From an uncultured delta proteobacterium (GTDB taxonomy: Bacteria > Desulfobacterota > Binatia > UBA9968), in contig CAVWLW010000050.1 in NCBI GenBank assembly GCA_963755715.1, positions 128,001-192,000 of the forward strand: 64,000 nucleotides of DNA, in the 5' to 3' direction. Shown here piece by piece: positions 53,374-62,323 of this stretch (its first letter is position 1; each line of letters starts with the position of its first letter). The notes under the pieces were generated by a model. It was not told the DNA's origin, ran no database searches, and saw only the letters and a program-made list of their open reading frames with translations. The translations under genes and the position numbers were made by a program.

Positions 53374-53660
53374 ATTTTATTTCCTCTGGTATTGCTCTTT
53401 TCATTCTTTGTTGCTTTTCGCGCTGATATCAGCCGTACTCGCGCACTCTGTTCCGCTTCTTCATGATACGTATGGGAAATAACCAACAATACACCCGTCT
53501 CATCCAACCCCAGGGTTATCCACCTTTCTTCCTCTTCACTATGTTGATCATCGAACAGCGACAAGGCGTTCGGATCCAAGAACACTGCGCGCAGCCACGT
53601 TCAAACGTACTCGCCTGATTCTCTCGGATTCTGGTCCGAGGTAATCATCGAAGCTCGCAT
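53370..53660 (-). pseudogene. brnT: Cassette: BrnT-family toxin with degraded N-terminus
   Basis: FLDP...HSEEEERWITLG...RLISARKATKNE intact; upstream lacks the FEWD..K..N..KH segment and has stops. Confidence 0.7.
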
Positions 53661-53742
53661 AAATGCCTTCATTGAAATTTCATCCACAAGTTCCCCAAAG
53701 GCGAGACAAAAGCACGTTGGCAGCAGTCGCTGATCAGGGCGC

Positions 53743-53792
53743 CGCTAACGCTAGGCCGCTGACCCGGCATCGGGTCAAGCGGCGAGTTATCT
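53743..53792 (-). repeat. attC site, very short (50 bp)
   Basis: Top strand AGATAAC TCGCC GCTTGACC CGATGCCG GGTCAGC GGCCTAGC GTTAGCG. Confidence 0.8.
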
Positions 53793-53804
53793 CCCGAGAT
53801 AATT

Positions 53805-54161
53805 TCAGAGCAACACGCTTAAATCAGCAGCCACCCTGCGCAGCGGCTTGTCCAAGGTCCAAAGCGCGCACCCTGTGAGAAGCGTTGAAGCTAAAAGATG
53901 AGCGTCCACCCAACCGATGCCGCTTCCGTATAGGCGCCGGGACTCAAGAAAGTTAAGAACTTCCTCATGTTCGAGCAAATGAGGTTCGGGCAAGGCTTTC
54001 AACATACTCAGAATCTCGGTACGTTTTTGCAATGTGCCGCATGCCAACTCACCGACAACAAACGGATGGCAAAGGACTTGCTCATCAAGGAGCAGAGCTT
54101 TCAAACGTTCGCTACCCGCTCGGAGATGCTCAATCCAAACCAAAGTGTCGACCAGAATCAT
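53805..54161 (-). CDS. vapC: Cassette: VapC PIN-domain toxin
   Basis: ILVDT, GELACG, VDAHLL, WTLDK. Confidence 0.92.
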   Translation of the reverse strand: MILVDTLVWIEHLRAGSERLKALLLDEQVLCHPFVVGELACGTLQKRTEILSMLKALPEPHLLEHEEVLNFLESRRLYGSGIGWVDAHLLASTLLTGCALWTLDKPLRRVAADLSVLL

Positions 54162-54358
54162 GCAAGGCTGCGAGGGCGCCGTCTTCGAATCCGGCGAAGC
54201 TGCTTCTCGGTTCCTCCGAGATTTGCCAAACGGCGGGCGCTCTCCTTAGCGATCAGAGCCTCAAGTCCGAGACGTACCAACGAGGTTTTCTCTTTCACGC
54301 CCGTTAGCTTAGCAGCATCGTGTAGCAGAGAATCATCAATATTAAGCGTCGTTCTCAT
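54158..54358 (-). CDS. vapB: Cassette: VapB antitoxin
   Basis: MRTTLNIDD; ATGA overlap with vapC. Confidence 0.9.
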   Translation of the reverse strand: MRTTLNIDDSLLHDAAKLTGVKEKTSLVRLGLEALIAKESARRLANLGGTEKQLRRIRRRRPRSLA

Positions 54359-54401
54359 ATGCATCAAGATGCCCTAATTATGCAGATGGGGTCAACAAGA
54401 A

Positions 54402-54488
54402 AGATAACGCGATGCGGCTAAGCCGTGGCGAATAAGCAAGCCTGAAAGGCGAGCATTTTTGACATCAGTCTTAAGCCACGGGTTAGGT
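54402..54488 (-). repeat. attC site (87 bp)
   Basis: AGATAAC...GGCTAAG...CTTAAGCC...GTTAGGT. Confidence 0.85.
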
Positions 54489-55018
54489 TGCTTTGACCTC
54501 ACCGAGTTCAGGAAACAACGGCGCCAGCTCTAGATCAGAAGCCCACACTGTAAAGCCTTCGCGAACCCGCTTCTGAGAGAAAAGATGGTCGGTGAGTGCA
54601 GTAGCTAAAAGTTCCCGATATTGTGGAAAGTCCAACAACACGGACCGAAGCTACGACATCAGACGAGCACATCCCTTGCTAGAACGGTCTTGCTGTTTCC
54701 AAAAGTCACTCGCCCAATATGCGATCGCATGCGTAAGGTCGAAACTTCCGAGAACCCATTTCGACTCATCCGCCAATTCTGCCGGTGCTGCTAGGCAATC
54801 GTGGAAGTATTTGGTGACAAACACAAAAAGTTCTTCTCCCCCGAAAGGATCGACACGGGACGTGTCGGCTCGCTCGAGAAGAAAATGGAAAAGCGCACCC
54901 CTGACTTCAAGCGAAGGATCGGTCATCCAGACAGAGCATTGAGAGCGGGAAACAGGAATGCGCCTGGGCCAACCGGACTCATCCACGAACGCTTCATTAA
55001 CTCTCGCGCTGTCACCAT
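54483..55018 (-). pseudogene. Cassette: hypothetical protein with a frameshift and an in-frame TAG (54653-54651)
   Basis: Frame continues past the TAG (LRSVLLDFPQ...EVKAT) to a TAA inside the attC R'' box. Confidence 0.55.
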
Positions 55019-55031
55019 GATTCGCTCAGCA

Positions 55032-55121
55032 ACCTAACGGTCCCGGCAACCGGCGCACGTCCGGCGACGTTTGCAAGGCGCGGCGTTTCCGCGCGCGTCC
55101 GGGTTGGCCGGGCGGTTAGGC
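55032..55121 (-). repeat. attC site (90 bp)
   Basis: ACCTAAC...CCCGGCAACC...GGTTGGCCGGG...GTTAGGC. Confidence 0.9.
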
Positions 55122-55700
55122 GCGATCGCCATGCAGTGACTTCTCAATTCGTCGATCAGGCACCAACCACAGGATCGCTGCCACCACGTACAGCGCCTGA
55201 GCCACCCACAGCCACAGGAACGTGGAGATGATTGCACACAAATACAGGACAGGCGAGAGCTTCCCCTTCCAATCGCCGCCGATCGCCGCCTTGAGTGGCG
55301 ACTCCGAGCCCTGCGAAGCAATGATTGTTTGCTGAAGAATCAAATACGCGAAGGCCGCTGCAAGGAGGACGCCGCCATAAAGCGCGGACGGTACAGGCGC
55401 GAAATGATTCTCACCCATCCAGCCCGTAACGAACGGAAAGAGCGACAGCCAGAAAAGAAGATGCAGATTGGCCCAAAGGATGCCACCGGTCACCCGAGTG
55501 CAGGCGTGCAGCATATGGTGATGATTGTTCCAGTAGATGCCGACGTAGACGAAGCTGAGAACGTAGCTCATGAATACCGGAAGGAGGGGTGCCAGCGTTC
55601 CGACGCTGTCACCATGCGGAATCTTCATCTCCAGCACCATGATCGTAATGATGATCGCGATGACACCGTCGCTGAAGGCCTCGAGTCGGTTCTTGCCCAT
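55116..55700 (-). CDS. Cassette: TMEM175/DUF1211 family membrane protein (K+ channel-like)
   Basis: RLEAFSDGVIAIIITIMVLE, YWNNHHH; stop inside attC R''. Confidence 0.92.
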   Translation of the reverse strand: MGKNRLEAFSDGVIAIIITIMVLEMKIPHGDSVGTLAPLLPVFMSYVLSFVYVGIYWNNHHHMLHACTRVTGGILWANLHLLFWLSLFPFVTGWMGENHFAPVPSALYGGVLLAAAFAYLILQQTIIASQGSESPLKAAIGGDWKGKLSPVLYLCAIISTFLWLWVAQALYVVAAILWLVPDRRIEKSLHGDRA

Positions 55701-55720
55701 TCGTGTGCCCTTGAGGCAGC

Positions 55721-55987
55721 CTAGAGGAAACGCCAACGCACCAGCACCACCGCAGCAGCGGGAACCGCGAACAGCAGGAGCAATATGGGCAATTCGTCGG
55801 CCACCGAGTAGCCTGCCTTTGAAACCCCTATCCACATGTTGGTGGCAGTGATCATCAGCCACAGACTTAGTCCAAGGGCGACTGCCCAGTTCGGAGCCGA
55901 AGGAAAATGCTCGGAGAACATCTTCGCCACGATGAGAAGTGAAGCCATTAGGAACAAGCCAGCGACTAGGAACAGGATCGTACGCAT
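55721..55987 (-). CDS. Cassette: small membrane protein (same cassette as TMEM175)
   Basis: 88 aa, three hydrophobic segments, NMWIGVSKAGYS..ELP. Confidence 0.75.
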   Translation of the reverse strand: MRTILFLVAGLFLMASLLIVAKMFSEHFPSAPNWAVALGLSLWLMITATNMWIGVSKAGYSVADELPILLLLFAVPAAAVVLVRWRFL

Positions 55988-56029
55988 GAGGCCAATTCTC
56001 CGTACTGAGGTTGATGGGACCTGCGGCGC

Positions 56030-56110
56030 GCCTAACGTCCCGGTTTTGCCGCGCCCGACGAAGCGCGCAGCGCTGAGGCATAGGCGTCGGGCAACAACCG
56101 GCTGTTAGGT
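56030..56110 (-). repeat. attC site (81 bp)
   Basis: GCCTAAC...CGGTT..GCCCGACG...CGTCGGGC..AACCG...GTTAGGT. Confidence 0.88.
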
Positions 56111-56680
56111 GCCAAGGCCATGCTCGCGCGGGATTGACGCTGGCGGTCCCTGGGGTCGAGCGAGAAGCTGCTGCTCTGATACCCCTTTCTTGAATTGCTC
56201 GACGAGTTCATCTGGATCGAAGTTCACACCGATAGGATTGGCGGAAAAGGCGTCACCTCGCATGTATGCGTTGGCTTCCTCTGCCGTCGCAAAGCAATCG
56301 ACCTGAAACTCGATTCGGTTTCCATCGGGATCCTTGTAGTAGAGCGACAGCGTTGGACCGTGGCGTATAGGCCAGTAAGGTCTGATGTTTAGTTTCTTCA
56401 GCCGTATATACGTTTCGATTAGATCTCGGAGGCTCGCATATGTATAGGCCACGTGGTCCACGCCCGCATCCGACTTGCCTCCGGAGCCCTTCCCGGCCGG
56501 ATCGAGCACATCCAAATTGCCGAAAGCGAAACGGTGATGCTCATCGTCGTATGTAAGGAATGCAAGAGCGGGATTCTTGTATTGCACCTTAGCCTCGAAC
56601 ACGCTTTCGTACCAACTAATCATCTCTTCGAAGCGTCTAGTGCGATAGACGATGTGAGCAAATTTTGAGGGCTTTGCCAT
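56105..56680 (-). CDS. Cassette: VOC/glyoxalase family protein
   Basis: FAHIV, EHHR, VDHVAY, YYKDPDGNRIE; stop inside attC. Confidence 0.9.
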   Translation of the reverse strand: MAKPSKFAHIVYRTRRFEEMISWYESVFEAKVQYKNPALAFLTYDDEHHRFAFGNLDVLDPAGKGSGGKSDAGVDHVAYTYASLRDLIETYIRLKKLNIRPYWPIRHGPTLSLYYKDPDGNRIEFQVDCFATAEEANAYMRGDAFSANPIGVNFDPDELVEQFKKGVSEQQLLARPQGPPASIPREHGLGT

Positions 56681-56724
56681 GGCGTTCACTCCTTACTTAT
56701 GGCGTCGTTTTCCCGGTCAATGGC

Positions 56725-56790
56725 GCTTAACGGATCAGCGATAAGCTCCGGGCTCCGAAAGCGACCGTCAGCTTCATCGCCTGGTTATGC
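56725..56790 (-). repeat. attC site (66 bp)
   Basis: GCTTAAC...GCGATAAGCT...AGCTTCATCGC...GTTATGC. Confidence 0.85.
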
Positions 56791-56851
56791 GACTCATCTC
56801 ACCATCTCGAACCCAGCACGATAGCGAGTTCTCGATGCATGCCACCGAGCA

Positions 56852-57371
56852 CTAGGAATCGCGGAAATCGGTGATACGGGAGGGTCGGCGCATGGTGGCC
56901 GTAATGCGTCGGCCCGCGCTCACGTGGGGGTCGGCGGGTACGCGAGTCTGCGCGGCGTACTCGAGCAGCAGGCCGTTGGGATCCTTGAAGTAGATCGACA
57001 GGATCCAATCGTGATCGACGATCGGCGTGACCTTGACGCCCTTGGCGATCAGCTCCGCCCGCTTCGCGTGCAACTCTTCGATCGAGCCAGCGTTGAAAGC
57101 GAAATGGTAGAACCATTCGGGCAAGCCGAGGCTTTGATTGATGCCGGTGTCGTATTGGGCTGGTAGTCCTTTGATCCCGCGAGGCTCCATGAATCCGAGG
57201 AGTTGGCCATCGCCACAGTCGAAGAACGCGTGGCGGATACTCCCCCCTTCTTCGAAATCGATCTGCTCAATGGTCACGAGGCGGAAGCCGAGCACATCCT
57301 CGTAGAAGGTGCGGGTAGCTTCGAAGGTCGAGCGTCGAGAGGCCGATGTGTGAAACGCCGTGTAGCGACAT
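56852..57371 (-). CDS. Cassette: VOC/glyoxalase family protein (frameshift near 57325)
   Basis: MSLHGVSHIGLS joins TRTFYEDVLGF, YHFAF, SIYFKDPNGLLLE. Confidence 0.8.
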
Positions 57372-57479
57372 GTTCTCCTCCGTTCACCTAGGGTTCCCTC
57401 AATGGCGGTAGCCCAGCTGGAGCTGCTTTGCAAGACAACGACGATCCGGCGCGACTGGGGACCTCGAAACCCTCCATCC

Positions 57480-57527
57480 GCATAACCTCAAGGCTGCCCG
57501 CTTGTCGGGTCAATCCGATTGTTATGC
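57480..57527 (-). repeat. attC site, very short (48 bp, imperfect)
   Basis: Top strand GCATAAC AATCG GATTGACC CGACAAGC GGGCAGC CTTGAG GTTATGC. Confidence 0.7.
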
Positions 57528-57548
57528 CGTTTGCAGGTCAGTATTTGA

Positions 57549-58256
57549 TCACATCTCGAACCCGTCTGATGGTGTCAAGGGATTCACCAGGATTATTTTG
57601 CTCCAAGGGACGTCAAGCTGAACCAGCTTCCGTAACTGGTTCCGATCCGCTTTATCCAAATCTCCGTACCCAATACGGTCGTCAAAGGCGAGCCACCACT
57701 CCGAATACTTGCTCCTCACCTTGGAGACCTTCAGGGCTTTTTCAGCCATGCAGATTCGAATGTTTTGCACCATGTCTGAAATGACGAAGCCACCCGAATC
57801 GTGATCCGACCAGCTACCGAGGACGAGCAAATTCGGATGGAGTTCGGTTGCACGAGTGAAGCTGAGTCGCAATGTATCTGCAACACATACTCTACGCGTC
57901 CCGAGTTCTGGTTGCTCCCTGATCTCTCGCAGTACGTTCCGAAGAGCTATATCGAGTTTTCGCCAAGGCGGTAGTGGACGGCGATAGGAATACCAAACGA
58001 ACCAACTTACCCCAAACGTGGGGGGACCTGTTGCAACGAGTGCCTTTTCGATCAGGGCAGTCAGAGGCTTTGACACTTCCTCAAGACCACGATGCCCGGT
58101 TGTAGTTTTTTCGTTCTCGTTCAGTCGACGCACTTCAACCGCAATTCGGCCGTCGATTGTAAAGTCAGGCGGAATATTGCCATCGGGCTCGTATACGATG
58201 TTGATAAAGCCGCGGCTCTTGAGGTACTGGAAAACAACCTTCTCGGAATGATCCAT
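57549..58256 (-). CDS. Cassette: hypothetical protein, possible PD-(D/E)xK nuclease fold
   Basis: SE helix, EPDGNIPPDFTIDGRIAVEVRRL, K..KY.EWWL..DD. Confidence 0.6.
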   Translation of the reverse strand: MDHSEKVVFQYLKSRGFINIVYEPDGNIPPDFTIDGRIAVEVRRLNENEKTTTGHRGLEEVSKPLTALIEKALVATGPPTFGVSWFVWYSYRRPLPPWRKLDIALRNVLREIREQPELGTRRVCVADTLRLSFTRATELHPNLLVLGSWSDHDSGGFVISDMVQNIRICMAEKALKVSKVRSKYSEWWLAFDDRIGYGDLDKADRNQLRKLVQLDVPWSKIILVNPLTPSDGFEM

Positions 58257-58274
58257 TTAAATCGAGGCTTAGCG

Positions 58275-58383
58275 GCATAACGACCGAATTAACCGGGCCC
58301 GCGCGAGCAGCATCCAAGTTTATGGCAAAGAGCAATCATGAAAAGAGAGCTATCGCGGGCTCCGGTTGAATGAGTTGTTAAGC
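58275..58383 (-). repeat. attC site (109 bp)
   Basis: GCATAAC...AACCGGGCCCGCG...CGCGGGCTCCGGTT...GTTAAGC. Confidence 0.9.
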
Positions 58384-58417
58384 CGCTAACCGAACTGTCC
58401 GAACATCGGACACGGCT

Positions 58418-59566
58418 TTAAGTTTTTGGCCCAATATTGCCCGGTCCAGTCTCTTCGTTTTGTGACACTGCCGGATCCGAGTTTGGACTGGTGGCGATCC
58501 AACCCATGAAGATTTGATACCCAAGCGCCAACAACGTCGCGCCGACAAACATTCCTAAAATTCCGCCGCTCGCCATACCGCCCAATGCGCCGAGCAGGAT
58601 CACCGGCATGGGTGCGTCGACGCCGCGACCCAGCATCAGCGGTTTCAAAACGTTGTCAGCCATGCCGGTCAGCAGCAGGATGATGGTATGTGTGATCGCC
58701 GCCGCGGTGCGGTAATCACCACTCGACCAGATGTAAATGATGGCTGGAACCGTGACGATTAGGGCTGGCACTTGGGCAATACCCAATACGAGCGCGATGG
58801 CCGACAACACGCCCGCCGCCGGTACGCCGGCGAGCAGCAGCGCCAACCCGATGAGGATTGCCTGAATGAAGGCGACGCCGATGACGCCTAGCGCGACGGC
58901 GCGGATGGTTGCCGTGGAGAGTTTGGCGAGGGCCTCGCCTCTCGCGGCGCCAGCGACACGAACGAAAATCGCCCGGCTGCCGCGCGCGCCTGATTCACCG
59001 TATGCCATCAGGATGCTGGCGACGAGGAATGAGACTAGAAACAGCAACAGGCCGCTGCCAATGCTTGCGACCATAGCAACTGCTTTCTGGGCCAATTCGC
59101 CGATCTTCGGTTGCATGCTCTGCACGAATCCGGGCAGGTCGGTATGAGCTTTCGACCAGACATCGTGGATCTGCTTGCCAACTAGCGGCCATTTCTCAAC
59201 GCCCTCTCGCGGGGCGGGTATTGCCAGCGTGTTTTGTTGCACAGCGCCGATAAAATGACGAACGGAGTCGGCAAACGAATTCATCAGCAACGCCATCGGA
59301 GTGATGATCAACAAAAGGCCGACGATCACCAGAATAGTCGAGGCGAGCCATTGCTTCCCGCCAACCTTGTGGGCGAGCCATTGGTGCAACGGATACAACG
59401 TGACCGCCAAGATGATTGACCAGACCATCAGCGTCAGAAATGGCGAAAAGACTTGGTAGCACAGCACCGCCAGCACGCCAATCAAACTGGCGCGAATCAA
59501 CACATCCATCAGAGAGGACGACGCTCGCTGTTCCAATTCGGAATCTGCCTGTGGAAGGGGATTCAT
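58418..59566 (-). CDS. Cassette: AI-2E family transporter
   Basis: DNVLKPLMLG, GALGGM..GILGMFVG; multi-TM. Confidence 0.9.
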   Translation of the reverse strand: MNPLPQADSELEQRASSSLMDVLIRASLIGVLAVLCYQVFSPFLTLMVWSIILAVTLYPLHQWLAHKVGGKQWLASTILVIVGLLLIITPMALLMNSFADSVRHFIGAVQQNTLAIPAPREGVEKWPLVGKQIHDVWSKAHTDLPGFVQSMQPKIGELAQKAVAMVASIGSGLLLFLVSFLVASILMAYGESGARGSRAIFVRVAGAARGEALAKLSTATIRAVALGVIGVAFIQAILIGLALLLAGVPAAGVLSAIALVLGIAQVPALIVTVPAIIYIWSSGDYRTAAAITHTIILLLTGMADNVLKPLMLGRGVDAPMPVILLGALGGMASGGILGMFVGATLLALGYQIFMGWIATSPNSDPAVSQNEETGPGNIGPKT

Positions 59567-59671
59567 TGGTTTTATCCTCTTGCGAGGTTGAATCGGCCGC
59601 CCTCAGTGTACTACGTAAGAATGGCGAGTAAACAGTCGTATGAGTCATCGCCACCTGTTTTGCCTCAGGCG

Positions 59672-59730
59672 GCCTAACGCCGCGGATCAGGCGCGGCTAT
59701 TTGCCGTCGCCTGCATCCGGATTGTTGGCT
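59672..59730 (-). repeat. attC site (59 bp)
   Basis: GCCTAAC...CGGATCAGGCG...CGCCTGCATCCG...GTTGGCT. Confidence 0.9.
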
Positions 59731-60119
59731 GGTTCTATTCCGAGCCATCGGAGAGCGTCGTTGAGATGGTCGAATGTCGTGACACGCATGCCCCGGTTCC
59801 GGGCGACGGCTTCGCCGAACCTGCTGGGGTCACGCATCGGGACTTCCAGAACGTACGCAAACTCTGTGTCAGGGGAGACACCGCTCGCTCCGAATTGGGC
59901 GACGGTCTCGGCCGCAAATTTGCCGTAGTAGAACCGTTCCATGAAATCAGGACTTCCCTCGAGTCCTCGGCCATCGAAAAGTACCTTCCCAACCTTGTTT
60001 TGCGCAACAGCCTCGAGCATTTCTATAAATGTTCTTTTCGCCTCCGCCAACGAAAACTTTCCCGTCGCGCCTACGTGAAGGCACCCTGATTTAGCAGAGA
60101 TTTTCAGCATCATACTCAT
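59697..60119 (-). CDS. Cassette: hypothetical SpoIIAA/STAS-SEC14-like protein (reads into attC)
   Basis: VLFDGR, FGEAVARNRG, F..LNDALRWL. Confidence 0.7.
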   Translation of the reverse strand: MSMMLKISAKSGCLHVGATGKFSLAEAKRTFIEMLEAVAQNKVGKVLFDGRGLEGSPDFMERFYYGKFAAETVAQFGASGVSPDTEFAYVLEVPMRDPSRFGEAVARNRGMRVTTFDHLNDALRWLGIEPANNPDAGDGK

Positions 60120-60137
60120 CTTGTCACCAACCTCTCC

Positions 60138-60218
60138 AGCCAACGATCAAGGTGAACGGACGAGACCAGCGAGCGAAGCGAGCAGGTTCGAAGATCCGTT
60201 TCAAGCCTATTGTTAGGT
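60138..60218 (-). repeat. attC site (81 bp), same family as 53079-53160
   Basis: AGCCAAC...GCGAGCGAAGCGAGCAGG...GTTAGGT. Confidence 0.85.
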
Positions 60219-60740
60219 CGCTCGCAGATTAAGCCGGTAACGAATCTCACGTATCGTAAAGTTTTTCCAATGGTCGTCATCCTTTACGGCACCGTCCTGG
60301 ATAAATCCAAACGATTCGTAAAAAGTGCGTGCTCGTTGGTTTGCTTCTAATACCCACAAAGTAAGTTGGTCAAATCCGCGCTTTCGAACTTCGCCGAGTG
60401 ACGCGGAGAGCAATGCGCGACCAATTCCTTTTCCCCATTTCTCCGGATGAACATAAATTGCGCTAACCTCTGCCGTGCTCGAATTAGCATCTGGGTCGCG
60501 TGAAGAGCCGAGCGCAGAGAACCCCACTATGTTGTCTTCGGTATATTCACCGATGAAAATGATCTTGTCCGGATCCTGGGTCAATTCACGCCACATATTT
60601 GTTCGTTTTTCCACGTCAAGGCCGTCGAGAAAGTCATCGGGCATGTACCCTCGATAAGCGACCTGCCATGAGCGCACGTGAACTGATGCAATCCCGGAAG
60701 CATCATCAACTGTGGCTTTCCGGATTGCGGCAGTTTGCAT
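60213..60740 (-). CDS. Cassette: GNAT N-acetyltransferase
   Basis: IYVHPEKWGKGIG, LWVLEANQRARTFYE; stop inside attC. Confidence 0.93.
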   Translation of the reverse strand: MQTAAIRKATVDDASGIASVHVRSWQVAYRGYMPDDFLDGLDVEKRTNMWRELTQDPDKIIFIGEYTEDNIVGFSALGSSRDPDANSSTAEVSAIYVHPEKWGKGIGRALLSASLGEVRKRGFDQLTLWVLEANQRARTFYESFGFIQDGAVKDDDHWKNFTIREIRYRLNLRAT

Positions 60741-60746
60741 CTGTCG

Positions 60747-60836
60747 GCCTAATGTTCCGGTTCAGCGGCGGCGCGCTGAACTTCGTGCCCTGGCACTTTA
60801 TCCATCACCACCGTCCGCTGCAACCGTTTGTTAGAC
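60747..60836 (-). repeat. attC site (90 bp) with ATT at the crossover
   Basis: GCCTAAT...CGGTTCAGCGG...CCGCTGCAACCG...GTTAGAC. Confidence 0.85.
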
Positions 60837-60887
60837 CATCCAATGCTTTCATTACAGCCTCGCAGCACGCTATCTGCTCGTTCTCTG

Positions 60888-62210
60888 TTAGTGACCGGTA
60901 GAGCGCATCTCGACGCCGATGGCGGCGCTTACTTGATTCTCCTGGTGGGGTCGGATCGTAAGAGAGGCGACGAACGTGACTGCGGCAACCACGAGCAGAT
61001 ACCAAGCGGGCGCGGCGAGATTGCCCGATGTCTTAATCATCCAAGTGACGACGAGCGGAGCTGTGCCACCGAAGAGAGCGAGCGTGATGTTGTAGCCAAT
61101 CGCCATGGCGCTGTACCGCAGACGGGCAGGAAATAGTTCCGCCATTGCGACGGGCATCGCTCCCTGGATGTGGCCGTTGATGAGAGCAAAGATTGCGAGC
61201 GAAACCGCTGTGCCCACTGTTGTACCGGAATCGATCCACCTAAAGAGCGGATAAACCAGAATGCCTGTCGCGAGCGCCCCGATCGCAAGAATGCTCTTGT
61301 ACCCGAACCGATCTGCGAGCAATCCCGCGATCGGCATCGTTGCAATCAGCAGGACCATGCAAAGCGTGTTGATGAGCAAGGCATGGGGCACCGGCGGCTT
61401 TACGAAATGCGTAAGATACGTCGGCATCCAGACGAATAACGTATAAATACCGACTCCGAAAAGCAGCACGATGCCTGCAACTTGCAGTACACGGAGCGGC
61501 ATCTCCCGCAGCGCCTCGAGCGCCGGGCGTTGTTCAATCTGTCCGGCGTCCTGCAACCGAACAAATTCCGGCGTCTCTTGCGTACCGCGGCGCATCTGCC
61601 ATCCGACGACGCCAACCAGTAGCCCGCCGAGGAACGGCAGACGCCAACCCCATGCGTGAAGCTGCTCCGTTGAAAGCACGTCCTGGAGTAGTGTCGCCAC
61701 CGCCGAGCCGAGCAGCATCCCGCCGATGGTGCCGAACGTCGACCAGCTTCCGAAGAATCCCCGTCGACCAGAAGGCGCGGCTTCGACGAGATAGCAGCAT
61801 GATCCGATGAACTCTCCCCCGACTGAAATGCCTTGCGCAAGGCGCAGGATCACGAGGAGCACCGGAGCCAGAACGCCAACCGTCGCATGAGTGGGAACGA
61901 ACGTGATAAGCGTCGTCGGCACAGCCATTAGAAAGATGGAAAGCTGAAGCGCGCGCGTACGACCCAACCGATCTCCGATCTGGCCGAACAACACGCCCCC
62001 AATGGGACGTGCAAGATAGCCGGCAGCGAAAACGCCGAACGTGTTGATAAGCGCCGACATCGGATCATCCGTCGGAAAGAACTGCGCGCCGATAAAAGGT
62101 GCGAAGTAGCCGAAAACGGCGAAGTCGTACCACTCGAGGAGATTGCCAATACTACCCGCAAACGATGTCCGAAACTTCAGCGCCTCCATTTGACCTTTCC
62201 GAGCGGCCAC
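60888..62210 (-). CDS. Cassette: MFS transporter (ProP/MHS family)
   Basis: GNLLEWYDF, RPIGG..GDRLGR, QGISVGGE, WGWRLPF. Confidence 0.93.
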   Translation of the reverse strand: MAARKGQMEALKFRTSFAGSIGNLLEWYDFAVFGYFAPFIGAQFFPTDDPMSALINTFGVFAAGYLARPIGGVLFGQIGDRLGRTRALQLSIFLMAVPTTLITFVPTHATVGVLAPVLLVILRLAQGISVGGEFIGSCCYLVEAAPSGRRGFFGSWSTFGTIGGMLLGSAVATLLQDVLSTEQLHAWGWRLPFLGGLLVGVVGWQMRRGTQETPEFVRLQDAGQIEQRPALEALREMPLRVLQVAGIVLLFGVGIYTLFVWMPTYLTHFVKPPVPHALLINTLCMVLLIATMPIAGLLADRFGYKSILAIGALATGILVYPLFRWIDSGTTVGTAVSLAIFALINGHIQGAMPVAMAELFPARLRYSAMAIGYNITLALFGGTAPLVVTWMIKTSGNLAAPAWYLLVVAAVTFVASLTIRPHQENQVSAAIGVEMRSTGH

Positions 62211-62233
62211 GACGATGGCCGATCTTCCCTGCC

Positions 62234-62323
62234 GTCTAATCGCTCGCGTTCACCGCACGGCGGTGAACGACTCTGATTCGCAATTAAACGTTGCCGCCGC
62301 TCTTATGCAGCCTGTTGTTAGGC
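62234..62323 (-). repeat. attC site (90 bp), degenerate, ATT at the crossover
   Basis: GTCTAAT...CGGCGG...CCGCCG...GTTAGGC. Confidence 0.7.

Noticed and set aside
54651-54653. In-frame TAG as pyrrolysine or stop-codon recoding
   Set aside because: The same gene also has a frameshift and other genes use TAG as a normal stop; decay or error is more likely
700-57400. About 20 frameshifted genes (e.g. near 737, 2773, 4295, 8790, 16360, 17390, 21960, 25080, 28945, 31380, 31800, 36865, 38310, 44145, 50478, 57325) as programmed frameshifting or mass pseudogenisation
   Set aside because: Single-base indels scattered over unrelated, otherwise intact genes, with no shared slippery motif; best explained by long-read consensus errors
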